IMG/VR virus record: IMGVR_UViG_3300022602_000028
Length of the DNA: 64,000 nt
Reading direction: 5' to 3' (one strand)
From: a virus
Within the stretch, counting starts at the first letter, position 1. Each line of letters starts with the position of its first letter. Shown here piece after piece: positions 17,728 to 27,827 of this stretch. The notes under the pieces were generated by a model. It was given only the letters and a program-made list of their open reading frames with translations. It searched no databases and had not been told where the DNA came from. The translations under genes and the position numbers were made by a program.

Positions 17728-18342
17728 ATGGCCGAACTCAAACATGTAGGCAGAGTTATATCTACAAAGAAAAAATGTATTGTAGTATATCGTACTTTGC
17801 CAGGCGATGCACATAGTTGCCTAATTGTACCAACTGAAAATTTACCAGATAGCTATCACGATAGTTTAATCAATTTAGTAGAAAGTAATGCTGGGCAAAG
17901 TTCCTACGAGTTTGCCGAAGTAATGGCACGTAGTAATTTTTCCGATGGCAGTATTATGCTAGCGGCATTACATGCTCAAGGTCGTTTAGTTAAGCTAGGT
18001 ACTAGCGAAGTAGAAATGACTCCTACTACATCAGGTAGTATTGTGTTGTCAGAATTAAATCAAATTATTGCTGAACAACGCGGTGTTGCAGTTGACGATT
18101 TATCACTTAAATCAAATTCTGCAGAACCTACTGCATCTAAAACTGTAGAAGCTCCAGTCGTAGAAGAAAAAATTGATACTACGCCCACTATAAGTGCTAA
18201 TGTAACGCTTACACCAGAAGAACAAGCTAAACAATTTAGAAGTGATGCTGATCGTTTAAGCAAACAAGCGGCTGAATTAAGACGTCAAGCAGAAGCATTA
18301 GTACCTACAGCAAAGAAGACCAAGGTAACTGACGCATCGTGA
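17728..18342 (+). CDS. hypothetical protein with C-terminal coiled coil
   Basis: 204-aa ORF. Confidence 0.7.
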   Translation: MAELKHVGRVISTKKKCIVVYRTLPGDAHSCLIVPTENLPDSYHDSLINLVESNAGQSSYEFAEVMARSNFSDGSIMLAALHAQGRLVKLGTSEVEMTPTTSGSIVLSELNQIIAEQRGVAVDDLSLKSNSAEPTASKTVEAPVVEEKIDTTPTISANVTLTPEEQAKQFRSDADRLSKQAAELRRQAEALVPTAKKTKVTDAS

Positions 18343-18659
18343 CATCATCGGGAAAAGTACTTCCCAAGGATGTCATAGCAAATTGGCCGGAAGTGTTTGG
18401 CGATATCAAACTAAATGTACTACCTCTTGGGTATGTACATGCAGTTATGATTAATTTTAAAAATGGCAAAACTTGGGAAATTAAAATAACTAATCAAGTT
18501 AAACGAGAAGGATGGACTGCCTTTGAAAAGAATCTATCCGAAATGGTTAAACGCTACGAAAGTGAAATAATCGATGTCGATTTTAAACTAGACACTATTA
18601 GGGTTAAAAAAGACATCGAGCGTAGCACTCAAAAATTCCTTAAGAAAAAGAAGTTATAA
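18339..18659 (+). CDS. hypothetical protein
   Basis: 106 aa; GTGA overlap. Confidence 0.65.
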   Translation: MTSSGKVLPKDVIANWPEVFGDIKLNVLPLGYVHAVMINFKNGKTWEIKITNQVKREGWTAFEKNLSEMVKRYESEIIDVDFKLDTIRVKKDIERSTQKFLKKKKL

Positions 18660-19340
18660 ATGAATGTTAAATTGCTTAGTTACAGCCAGCCAACTGAAGA
18701 ATTCGCTAGCATGGGAATCTCGGATGCACAAGAACTCATTGCCTACTGTGCAAGAGTCAGTAACCCGAGCAATCAGCTTAATACAGAAACCTCAGAAAAA
18801 CTCATACGATATCTTATTAAGCACCAACATTGGAGTCCTCTCGAAATGGTGTCCGCCTGCATCGAGATTACTACTACAAGAGATATCGCAAGACAAATCC
18901 TTAGACATCGAAGCTTCAGCTTTCAAGAGTTCAGCCAACGTTATGCTGACCCAACAAAGGATCTCAACTTTGTACTTAGAGATGCTCGCAAGCAAGATAC
19001 CAAAAATAGACAAAACAGTATAGAGCTTGATATTCATAATAACGACGAAGATCGTTTTCTTGCTTATCAATGGGAACGTATGCAAGAGTTAGTTATTAAA
19101 CAAAGCCGTGATGCATACGAATGGGCTGTTAGTAAAGGTATTGCCAAAGAACAAGCTCGTGCTGTACTGCCAGAAGGACTTATTGAAAGTCGTTTGTATA
19201 TGAATGGCACACTACGCAGTTGGATTCATTTTATTGAATTGCGTAGTTCAAACGGTACACAAAAAGAGCATCAAGAAGTTGCTATCGCTTGTGCCGAAGT
19301 TATAGCTAAGATCTTCCCAATGACTACAGATCTTATTTAA
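18660..19340 (+). CDS. thyX: FAD-dependent thymidylate synthase
   Basis: HWSPLE, RQILRHRSFSFQEFSQRY (RHRx7S), KEQARAVLP, NGTLRSWIHF..LR, QKEH. Confidence 0.93.
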   Translation: MNVKLLSYSQPTEEFASMGISDAQELIAYCARVSNPSNQLNTETSEKLIRYLIKHQHWSPLEMVSACIEITTTRDIARQILRHRSFSFQEFSQRYADPTKDLNFVLRDARKQDTKNRQNSIELDIHNNDEDRFLAYQWERMQELVIKQSRDAYEWAVSKGIAKEQARAVLPEGLIESRLYMNGTLRSWIHFIELRSSNGTQKEHQEVAIACAEVIAKIFPMTTDLI

Positions 19341-20046
19341 AAGTCTCCGGAGGAAACAGTTCAATATGCACTTTGAACTGTTCTTCTAACCAATCCCAAT
19401 CATTAATTTTTGCAAGTGCTTCAGGGTCATCTTTATATGTTGTTCCGTACCATTCGCCTGCACTTGCACCGCCTCTAGAATATTCAGAAAACTTTTCTCG
19501 GCTGTTATTAAATCTCCAAGTATCTAGTCGATGGTTTGTTTCGTCATCAATTTGACCGTGAATTGCTTTGCTGGCCAATTTGGCACATTCTCTAAAACTA
19601 CTACGCCAGGTACTTAACGGATCAGTATTGAATACTGTTATGTTACTAACTTTTTCCATTACTTTAAATCTAGGACTAATACTAGTAGTCATATCTGGAC
19701 TGTCAATATCCATATTTAAAGTTAATTTTGTAGGAAGAAGTTTAATTCCACCGTAACCGTATTCTAATCCATTAATAGGATTGACACTACGCCAAACGTG
19801 TACAATATCCTCTTCGCTAGGATCTAATTTTATATCAAATTTAAAAGATGGCAATATAAATGCATCAGCATCAACAACATAAAACATATTAGTGGTTGAT
19901 CTTTTAGCGGCTTCTACGTGAGCTCGATGAATTCCTTTTACATTTTGTACTCTAAAAATTTTATTGTAGGGAGCTTTTTCTAATAAATTTATATAGTTTG
20001 TCGTAGAGTCGGATTCTTGATAACTTATAAATGCGATATCATACAT
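19333..20046 (-). CDS. GT-A-like glycosyltransferase (paralog 1)
   Basis: FYVVDADA (DxD), YGYGGIKL, WRSSFRE; similar to the adjacent ORF. Confidence 0.6.
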   Translation of the reverse strand: MYDIAFISYQESDSTTNYINLLEKAPYNKIFRVQNVKGIHRAHVEAAKRSTTNMFYVVDADAFILPSFKFDIKLDPSEEDIVHVWRSVNPINGLEYGYGGIKLLPTKLTLNMDIDSPDMTTSISPRFKVMEKVSNITVFNTDPLSTWRSSFRECAKLASKAIHGQIDDETNHRLDTWRFNNSREKFSEYSRGGASAGEWYGTTYKDDPEALAKINDWDWLEEQFKVHIELFPPETFK

Positions 20047-20938
20047 TATGTTTTTTCCTTACAATTCTTGGACTATTATTAAAAACCCTTTTGAAAAACT
20101 TACTAGAATCTTTGCATGGTTCAAACAATTCTAAACCACATTCATCTCTAAGTGTATAACCTAATCCAGAGATTTCGTGAGGTAGCATTTCATCAGTAAC
20201 TTTACTATATCTAGTTTCCCATTGTTCAGTTAACCAATCAAAATCACGAACATTAGCGTAATCCCAATCTGTACAATTAGTCAGATATGCTCCTTCTCTT
20301 GCGCCATATACACTCCATAACCCATTAGTAACATCAGCGCCTACGTTACACCACACTAGCAATCTATCATAATTTTGCCACCAAATTGTTTTAAGATCTG
20401 CTACCTTAGCACCTTGATTCAAAGACATTTTTACGCCTTCTCTGAAGCCGGCTCGCCATGCTTGGAATGGACTGGCATTGGTAAAACTTTCTGAATAGTT
20501 TTCATTAAATTGGTAATATTTTTCATCAAAACAAAATTCAACTAGACCTTTTGTATCGTTAGGATCCGAATTTTCATGTGTACGCATGTTGTTTACAAAC
20601 TCTGGAGTCCACATTTTAAGTCCGCCGTTACCGTACATAAGATGATTAACATGAACTTTACCGCACCAACTAAACACATAATCTTTAGTTAATCCTAATT
20701 CATCTAAATCAATTTCAACTTCTAAGAATGAAGGATCAATTATATTATCACCATCAACTGTAACAAAATACTCAGTTTCGCATAATTTTGCACAGGCCTT
20801 ATGAGCGGCATCACTACCTTTAACTCCGTGTACACGTTTTGCCCAAGGTACTTTTTTTAGCAAATCTGCATAATTTTTTTCAGCATTAGGTTCATCGTAA
20901 CTTAAAAATATAATATCTTGATCTATAACTTTTATCAT
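20039..20938 (-). CDS. GT-A-like glycosyltransferase (paralog 2)
   Basis: FLSYDEP, GVKGSDAAHKACA, FVTVDGDN (DxD), YGNGGLK, WRAGFREG. Confidence 0.6.
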   Translation of the reverse strand: MIKVIDQDIIFLSYDEPNAEKNYADLLKKVPWAKRVHGVKGSDAAHKACAKLCETEYFVTVDGDNIIDPSFLEVEIDLDELGLTKDYVFSWCGKVHVNHLMYGNGGLKMWTPEFVNNMRTHENSDPNDTKGLVEFCFDEKYYQFNENYSESFTNASPFQAWRAGFREGVKMSLNQGAKVADLKTIWWQNYDRLLVWCNVGADVTNGLWSVYGAREGAYLTNCTDWDYANVRDFDWLTEQWETRYSKVTDEMLPHEISGLGYTLRDECGLELFEPCKDSSKFFKRVFNNSPRIVRKKHNV

Positions 20939-21576
20939 TTTGTTTTAATTTTCCATACTTTTAATCCGTAGCTATCAAAAACAGTTTTTGAACTAACAGA
21001 TATTTTATTAATTTGAGATTCTAAATTTGTGTCAAACGGCACAATTACTTTATCCGCTATCAAAGATGTTAATTCAATATCTATAGTTCTAATTAAAAAA
21101 TCTAAATCATTTTTAAGTGTTATAAAAATTTTAATTACTCTTGTAGTTATTTTTTTATCATAAAATTTTTTTCTAGCAGAATCTGATATAATAAAGATCC
21201 ATTGTTTATTATACTCATCCCAATGAACAACTAGTTCTGTAGTTTTTGTAGGAGGATTAACAATCCATTCAAACATGTGATTTCTAAATGCCTGACCTTG
21301 GAATTCTTTTTGTACTAAATCCACTCCGTATTCATTGCCAGGATTTTTAGTTTTAACAACTGCCCAATCTTTAAATTGCTCCTCACCTGAAACCAATGCA
21401 TCGTACTGTTCGTAAGGAACTACTATACTATGATCATATTCAGGTCTGTGTTCGTTTGATGCCGCTAATAATTCCCCAGTTTCCAAATCAAAATATATTC
21501 TGTAAATTGGCTTAAATGAAATTCTTGCAATATTAGCTAAATCTTCGGGGCTTAATCCGTCATCAATTTCGTTCAT
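20935..21576 (-). CDS. hypothetical protein
   Basis: 213-aa ORF coupled within the GT cluster. Confidence 0.7.
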   Translation of the reverse strand: MNEIDDGLSPEDLANIARISFKPIYRIYFDLETGELLAASNEHRPEYDHSIVVPYEQYDALVSGEEQFKDWAVVKTKNPGNEYGVDLVQKEFQGQAFRNHMFEWIVNPPTKTTELVVHWDEYNKQWIFIISDSARKKFYDKKITTRVIKIFITLKNDLDFLIRTIDIELTSLIADKVIVPFDTNLESQINKISVSSKTVFDSYGLKVWKIKTK

Positions 21577-22408
21577 TTGCTAACTCCTCTAATTTAGATA
21601 ATATAGTATTATTGATAAAATTCTTTTCAACATAGTGAAACAAACTATTTTGTTGTATGTTTCCTATTATAATATTTCCTTTATCATTTAGTATACAAGG
21701 AACAGCAGTTTGCCAACTATCAGGAACAATGGGCCAACCTTGAATAGGAGTTTTCATATGGGTGAATTGCATTGGGTTATGCAGACTAACTATGCTATCT
21801 TCCATCCCTGAAATCTTAATTGCAATTGCCGTAGAAACATCCATACTTAACCAATTTTGATATTCAGTAGGACTAAATTTTCCGTAGCATGCTTCCCAAT
21901 TATTAACTACAAATTCGAGAACTTTATAAAATTCTCTCGCTTGATCGGATTTTTTAAAATAATGTAATGCATAATATACATTAGGCAAATGATTTGCAAT
22001 AAATGTTTTACGATGTACAGTATCTACTACTGTTTCTAATTTATAATTTGTAATGCGATTACAAAAATGCACATCGTAATTTTTACAATAATCCCACCAA
22101 CTACTAATGTCTTCTGTCAGTAGCATATCGCTATCTAATACAATCGTCTCGTCGTAAGGGGTAGCATTATATAATTGATATCTGTGTTCGGCTTGTAACG
22201 GACTATTTTCCACTATTTTAAAATAAGGAATCGGAATAATTTTATCAAATATATCACGATATTTTTTAGGAACTTTTGAATTAGTAACTAAGGATACATT
22301 GTTAATGCTATTCTGACTAATTTTAATACTGAGAGCAAGCGCATACGCCTGTTTAACATAATCGATAGAATCAGTATTTTGTGCAAATAATAAAAATCCT
22401 TTAGACAC
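21563..22408 (-). CDS. GT-A (GT8/mannosyltransferase-like) glycosyltransferase
   Basis: GFLLFAQN..IDY...A..LA.SIK; TPYDETIVLDSDML (DxD); FTHMK. Confidence 0.6.
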   Translation of the reverse strand: MSKGFLLFAQNTDSIDYVKQAYALALSIKISQNSINNVSLVTNSKVPKKYRDIFDKIIPIPYFKIVENSPLQAEHRYQLYNATPYDETIVLDSDMLLTEDISSWWDYCKNYDVHFCNRITNYKLETVVDTVHRKTFIANHLPNVYYALHYFKKSDQAREFYKVLEFVVNNWEACYGKFSPTEYQNWLSMDVSTAIAIKISGMEDSIVSLHNPMQFTHMKTPIQGWPIVPDSWQTAVPCILNDKGNIIIGNIQQNSLFHYVEKNFINNTILSKLEELANERN

Positions 22409-23249
22409 CTGAACCTCCGTCTATGTATCGGCTAAGGCTCAATTTATTCATTACATGAATATCAAGTCCTTGTGTTTTTGCTAAAGTATATTCACCCAAG
22501 TAATCCTTTTTTTCTACTAAAAATTTCATTGTAGTGTCTTCAGCGGAGATAAGAATATCTGTATCTTTTGCATAAATCATTTTTCCGGGTAATTCTTTGG
22601 CAAAATCTCCAGATTTTTTTCCATTCATAATATGTATAGCTATACTAAAAGCTATATCATTTCTAAACATAGGACTAGTTACACAATAAAGTGTTCTAAA
22701 ATATTCCCAGTTATCTTTTATATGACTTAGTACCGCAAAGAACGAAGCCGTTATATTACCTTTATTGAATACAAATGCAGTAGCCCAAAAGAAAGGTATA
22801 CTATAAGGATTTATACGTTTAAATTCTGATGAATCTCTCCATTCTGCAATATCCATACTTTGCGAATAAATTTGCAAAGGATAATCTTCCTGTAATGCTA
22901 ATTTTAATACAGAAGAATTTATAATATAATCAACATCTAGCACTAGAGTTGTATCATAAGGTGTTAAATCGTATACTAGATATCTTGATAAATTTTTCCA
23001 TTCAAGAATTTTACTCGATAACGATCCGTCATTAAATCTACGCTGGAAATAATTTCCATCTGCTGGTATGTCTATTATTTGATCAAACGGATGATCAGGA
23101 TATTGTGATTCTAAATACCCCCGGCTGTCAGTCATAATGCTGACCGGAATATCTAAGAATTTTTTAATCCGTTTAGCTGAAAATACAGACAATTTAACAT
23201 AGTCAATTGTAGAATTATTTTGAGCAACAAGAACTGCACCTTGTGTCAT
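22401..23249 (-). CDS. GT-A (GT8/mannosyltransferase-like) glycosyltransferase
   Basis: Paralog of the previous ORF: TPYDTTLVLDVDY (DxD), FRNDIAFSIA, HVMNK. Confidence 0.6.
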   Translation of the reverse strand: MTQGAVLVAQNNSTIDYVKLSVFSAKRIKKFLDIPVSIMTDSRGYLESQYPDHPFDQIIDIPADGNYFQRRFNDGSLSSKILEWKNLSRYLVYDLTPYDTTLVLDVDYIINSSVLKLALQEDYPLQIYSQSMDIAEWRDSSEFKRINPYSIPFFWATAFVFNKGNITASFFAVLSHIKDNWEYFRTLYCVTSPMFRNDIAFSIAIHIMNGKKSGDFAKELPGKMIYAKDTDILISAEDTTMKFLVEKKDYLGEYTLAKTQGLDIHVMNKLSLSRYIDGGSGV

Positions 23250-23596
23250 AACTCAACAATATCCTTAATTTTTCTTTTAACTCTAATATCGGCGTATTTT
23301 TCTAAATATTTTTGAGTAGCTGTAAAATACTGATTTGAAATATCGTTAAAAAACTGTTGTATGTCATCGATTAGTACAGGCACATTATTACTATCGATTA
23401 ATATCACATCAATTGTACGATTTATATCAATTAATGTTTTGACATAACAAATTAGTTCTGTGGTAATTTGAAAAGTACTACCGTTAATATAAAACACTAA
23501 CTCTTGTGTAAATTCTTCTTGTATTATTCGTTTTTGATTTGAAAGTGTAGCCATATAGTTGGCTGTTTCAAACGCTTTTTCAATTCTTTCGTCCAT
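23246..23596 (-). CDS. hypothetical protein
   Basis: 116-aa ORF with GGAG SD, heading the GT cluster. Confidence 0.7.
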   Translation of the reverse strand: MDERIEKAFETANYMATLSNQKRIIQEEFTQELVFYINGSTFQITTELICYVKTLIDINRTIDVILIDSNNVPVLIDDIQQFFNDISNQYFTATQKYLEKYADIRVKRKIKDIVEL

Positions 23597-23605
23597 AGAT
23601 AAACT

Positions 23606-23645
23606 CCGTAGTGTACATAATACACTACAGTAATTAGCTTGTCAA
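23606..23645 (-). promoter_or_regulatory. sigma70-type promoter with an inverted repeat over the -10 element
   Basis: Minus strand: TTGACA (23645-23640), 17 nt, TATTAT (23622-23617); GTAGTGTA/TACACTAC inverted repeat 23608-23628. Confidence 0.5.
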
Positions 23646-23657
23646 TGGGTTATGGTA

Positions 23658-24581
23658 TTATAAAGTTGAACTAACAGTTGTAGGAGCGGCAACTGAAACA
23701 TTGCTACCACTAGGTGTTAATATCGTTACATTACTAGTCAATGTACCGTTGGCAGCTTCATGAATATTGCCGCCGCCAGTATAACTAAATGTTGGAGTAA
23801 AAATAATTTGAGCATTAGTACTACCAAATCTTGCATACAAATCATATTGGTTAGGACTATATGTAGGAGTATAAGCAGGATCGACTAATTTAGTAAAAAT
23901 TAATTGATCACTAGTAGTAAGGTCAAAAAATCCTTTAGCCTGAGGAGTGCCTGAGCCAGTGTTAGTCGTTGCATGGGCACCAAAATTAATCGTACCCATA
24001 TTAGTTAGCAATGTTGCCCAAGATTGATTAACGCCTAATGATCCGTCAGTAGTGTAATTAGTAAAGCTAGCACTAAATTTAACACTGCCGCCTGCATTAA
24101 AAAATGCTCGGGCATTGTTTATAGCAGAAACTACAGTCGAACCACTAGTGTATCCTGGAAAATTTAAAGTTAATGTATAACTAATTGTACTTGCCCAAGG
24201 GTTAGTTCTAACCACTGGAGCTACCGTAGGAATTAAAGAGTATTGACTGCTAGGAGGAACTACTAATCTATTAGTTGTAATTACATCTGCAAAACTATTA
24301 TATGCCGCACGATCCGCTTCTTTAATAGTAGTACTAGTTGTGGGCAAAGCTAAATTAGCACTTTGATCTGTACCAGTTTGATGCTGGCGAGCTAATAATA
24401 AATCTGTTCTTAAATTATTCCATTGAGTAACTGTAATTTTAGTGTTTAAATTATTAACTTGGCTACTCAACACTTGCTGATTATATCCGTAATCCGACGA
24501 GCCAGTACCAAGTACCAATGCAATTTTTGATTGAATTGTATTATAATCTGTTGCTACAATTAACGTTCCTTGACCTGCCAT
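23658..24581 (-). CDS. virion structural protein (tail/baseplate accessory)
   Basis: Thr/Ser/Gly-rich 307 aa in the tail block; TATAAATA upstream. Confidence 0.6.
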   Translation of the reverse strand: MAGQGTLIVATDYNTIQSKIALVLGTGSSDYGYNQQVLSSQVNNLNTKITVTQWNNLRTDLLLARQHQTGTDQSANLALPTTSTTIKEADRAAYNSFADVITTNRLVVPPSSQYSLIPTVAPVVRTNPWASTISYTLTLNFPGYTSGSTVVSAINNARAFFNAGGSVKFSASFTNYTTDGSLGVNQSWATLLTNMGTINFGAHATTNTGSGTPQAKGFFDLTTSDQLIFTKLVDPAYTPTYSPNQYDLYARFGSTNAQIIFTPTFSYTGGGNIHEAANGTLTSNVTILTPSGSNVSVAAPTTVSSTL

Positions 24582-24606
24582 AATGTACCTTTAAATTAGC
24601 TTTTAT

Positions 24607-26103
24607 TTATAATACTACAACTTCAATAACACCAGTTTCGGTGCTACCATCAAAGTCTTCTAATGCTATAGCAAAAGGAAATAGCGATATTACAGCAGTA
24701 TCATCAATATTTTGAATAGATATTGCCAAGCCGCCATTAGTTGCAAGTAATTGATCGCCTTTATTCACCGGTTGAGTAACCTTGCATGGTACTCGACCTT
24801 TAAGGGCAATATATGTTCCACCTACTAGCTCGCTATTCATCATATACGCAGGGTTAGTAGAAACAACACCAATTGGTCTTTCTCCCCAAACGCTAGCACG
24901 TACTTCGGCACTGCCACCTACTGATATTACAGTGCCTGGCTCGTATTCTTTATCTGCAAGATATTTTTCTGCTAAGTCAGCGTAATTAGCACTAGTAGCA
25001 GTACCTTGGAATAATGTAGCATTTAAATTGCCTAAATTGTCACGAACTGCAATAGTATTAATTGCACTAGCAACACTTGCAGTTCTATATGTTCCGCTAA
25101 CACTCAATGTATCAGCTTGCTGAGCAGTACTATAAATATATCCAGCGTAGATATTATTCCACTGTAACGTACTAGAACCGATATTATTAGATAATGTTAC
25201 ACCTGGAAGCATGTCCGATCCAACTAAATTTAATGGATTTTTAGTAACAGCATTAACAGTTGTTTCAAAAGCTAAAGTATCGCCTACTTGATTAATAATT
25301 GTTGGAGTAGTAGCGGCACTATTGTAAATTTTTAATTTAGCTGGAGTTGCACCTACTGTAAAACCAGCATCTCCAAACTGAACTAAACTTGAAAATACTG
25401 CATTTCCAGTTTGAATAAAATTACTTGCACTTAATCCGCCAAGGCGGTCTGAATTAGTCGATGTTCCCCAGAATCTATGATTACTTGTAGTTTGCCCTGG
25501 AAGAGAATCATTATTAGTATAGACTAAAGTAACACCTTGATGAATTGTCGAAAATCCTGTAATAGCATTAGCTGAATTGTTTAGCACAAAATCAGCATCT
25601 GAACTAATTGTGAATATTACGTTTCCGTTATCAAGAGCTTCAATAATAGGATGAGATGTACCGTTAGAATCTAACACGCTAATTGAGCGCATTTGAGTTG
25701 TTGCTGAACCAGCAACGCCTTGTGGGCCGACTAATGTAAATCCTGAACCATTATAAGAATAAAGTTGCTGGTTAACTGTATCCCACCAAAAATCACCTTG
25801 TGTCAATCCGGTAGGTTGGGTTGCAGATATCTCTGCACCGCCTGCAATTCTAAATTTACCGTTAATATCGTAAAATTTTAACTTGTTTGCACTACTATCA
25901 AACCATAATTGACCGCTAACAGGGCGAGGAGGTTGCGATGATCCGGAGAAATTTTCAAGCAAATACACAAAATTTTCGTTTTGTACTGCACCGTATCCGG
26001 CATAATTTTTGCCGATTAACTTAAGATCTAATGTAGAATCAATGGTCCCATCTGCTACTATAGCTACTTGAGTTCCATTAAATCTGTTTATGGTATATGA
26101 CAT
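24607..26103 (-). CDS. tail fibre protein with C-terminal autocleaving intramolecular chaperone (Peptidase G2-like)
   Basis: ADLAEKY..D.EYEPGTV...GG, IGVVSTNPAY.MN, IALKGRVPCKV...V.KGD.L; N-terminus shared with two upstream genes. Confidence 0.7.
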   Translation of the reverse strand: MSYTINRFNGTQVAIVADGTIDSTLDLKLIGKNYAGYGAVQNENFVYLLENFSGSSQPPRPVSGQLWFDSSANKLKFYDINGKFRIAGGAEISATQPTGLTQGDFWWDTVNQQLYSYNGSGFTLVGPQGVAGSATTQMRSISVLDSNGTSHPIIEALDNGNVIFTISSDADFVLNNSANAITGFSTIHQGVTLVYTNNDSLPGQTTSNHRFWGTSTNSDRLGGLSASNFIQTGNAVFSSLVQFGDAGFTVGATPAKLKIYNSAATTPTIINQVGDTLAFETTVNAVTKNPLNLVGSDMLPGVTLSNNIGSSTLQWNNIYAGYIYSTAQQADTLSVSGTYRTASVASAINTIAVRDNLGNLNATLFQGTATSANYADLAEKYLADKEYEPGTVISVGGSAEVRASVWGERPIGVVSTNPAYMMNSELVGGTYIALKGRVPCKVTQPVNKGDQLLATNGGLAISIQNIDDTAVISLFPFAIALEDFDGSTETGVIEVVVL

Positions 26104-26144
26104 TTCGCCCGTTCCTTATTCTAGTGTATTTATTCTATTTTGCA

Positions 26145-27827
26145 TCACAGTTGAGTCTGGAACGACCATGTTCCAGCTAATAACTGAAATTGTCTAACTG
26201 TTGTAGTTCCCGAATCTGTGCAAACAATCCTAGCAATGGTGTTATCTGGATGCTCTGTACTAGGAAATACCTTACTTAGATAATTACCAGCAATTTGAGC
26301 ATTAGTTAGTCCAGTTGTAGTTAAACTTAAGGCTAAAGGTGCTTTAGAAATTGCAGTATCTACGTAAGATTTGTTTGCACCGTCTGTTGTACTAATCGGT
26401 GTTGCTACGTTGGTTAAGTTAAAACTACCAAAATCTACTGTTCCAGTTCCCTTAGGAACTAGATATATTGTGCCGTTAGACTGGCTATTATTAGTATACG
26501 CTATTCTAGATTCATTTCCAGTACCGCCAATTGTCAAATAACTAACACTGACACCATTTAGTGTACCTACACTAGTTAAGCCTGGCGCACTGGTAACTAC
26601 AGATCCCAGTGCAATCGAGCCGCCACTAGTTCCAAGAACATTAAATCCGCCAATATAGTAAGATTTTCCAGCAGTTAAATTGATGTTTTCACTGCTATTC
26701 CAACTTAAATTACTTACTGCCCATTGGAAAACTTTATTTGTGTCGGCGCCGCCTGCTAGGATTAAACCACCGCCGTCTGCCGTACTATTATTAGGAGTTT
26801 GAACTTGGCCCAATGTAATATATTTGTCAGCAATATTAATTACTGTCGTACTAACAGTTAAAGTACTGCCTTTTACTGTAAGATTACCCTCTACAGTAAC
26901 ATCACCATTAACATCTAATGTACTAGTTGGAGTGTTTGTATAAATTCCAACATACTTGTTTGCACTATTAATAAACAAACTATTCTGCAATCCGCTATTA
27001 TTGAGAGTATTAATTCCAAAATTTTGATTTACAGTATTTGACTTAATCTGAAATAATGTCGATGTAGCATCTATTTCTGTGTTGGCGCCAACTCCCAACA
27101 CTAAAGGTGTGGAATTTTGAATAGTAATGGTGCCGGTTGTGCTTGAACTATCAGTTGTACTTAAAAAGTTCGCGGCAGTTTTGTGTGTTCCGTCCGGAGC
27201 CAACAAATAATCAGCTTGTGTTGTCGGTGTACTAAATTTAATTCCAGAATAATTCCCTACATTGAAACCTGCCGTTATACTACCGGTAAACCCGCCTATT
27301 GCGGTAGCCGGTGTAAAATTATCTTTACTGAATATTCCGATTAATGTTTGAGCAACATAAAGTAATAAAATTGTATGGCTTATATTGTTAATGTCTAATA
27401 CATCAGATGTACTAAACCCAGTAATACCTTGAGTAGAAGTATATATAGGTCCTGCTAGTTTTGTACTAGTACCATCATTAAAATAAAGCTGTTGGCGGGC
27501 ACTATCTATCCATAGATCGCCGGCAGTTATACTGCTAGGAACAGTATTAGATATAATTGTTCCGCCGCTAACCTTAAATACAGTGCCGTCATAAACTTTT
27601 AAACGATTTTCAGTAGTATCGAACCATAGTTGTCCAGTTATTGGACGTATCGGTTGTGTTATGTTAGCAAAATTTTCAAGTAAATTTACAAAATTATTAT
27701 CAATATAGTTTCCGTAACCGCTAGCATTTTTACCAATTAGTGTAAGATCTGTCGATGTTTGATCAAGTGTACCATCTGCAATCTGCGTTAAAGTACTTCC
27801 GTTAGTTAAAATAATTGAATATGTCAT
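26145..27827 (-). CDS. tail fibre/baseplate protein
   Basis: Shared LIGKN..GYG...NF..LLENFA N-terminus; NVATP...DGANKSYVD fibre motif. Confidence 0.65.
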   Translation of the reverse strand: MTYSIILTNGSTLTQIADGTLDQTSTDLTLIGKNASGYGNYIDNNFVNLLENFANITQPIRPITGQLWFDTTENRLKVYDGTVFKVSGGTIISNTVPSSITAGDLWIDSARQQLYFNDGTSTKLAGPIYTSTQGITGFSTSDVLDINNISHTILLLYVAQTLIGIFSKDNFTPATAIGGFTGSITAGFNVGNYSGIKFSTPTTQADYLLAPDGTHKTAANFLSTTDSSSTTGTITIQNSTPLVLGVGANTEIDATSTLFQIKSNTVNQNFGINTLNNSGLQNSLFINSANKYVGIYTNTPTSTLDVNGDVTVEGNLTVKGSTLTVSTTVINIADKYITLGQVQTPNNSTADGGGLILAGGADTNKVFQWAVSNLSWNSSENINLTAGKSYYIGGFNVLGTSGGSIALGSVVTSAPGLTSVGTLNGVSVSYLTIGGTGNESRIAYTNNSQSNGTIYLVPKGTGTVDFGSFNLTNVATPISTTDGANKSYVDTAISKAPLALSLTTTGLTNAQIAGNYLSKVFPSTEHPDNTIARIVCTDSGTTTVRQFQLLAGTWSFQTQL

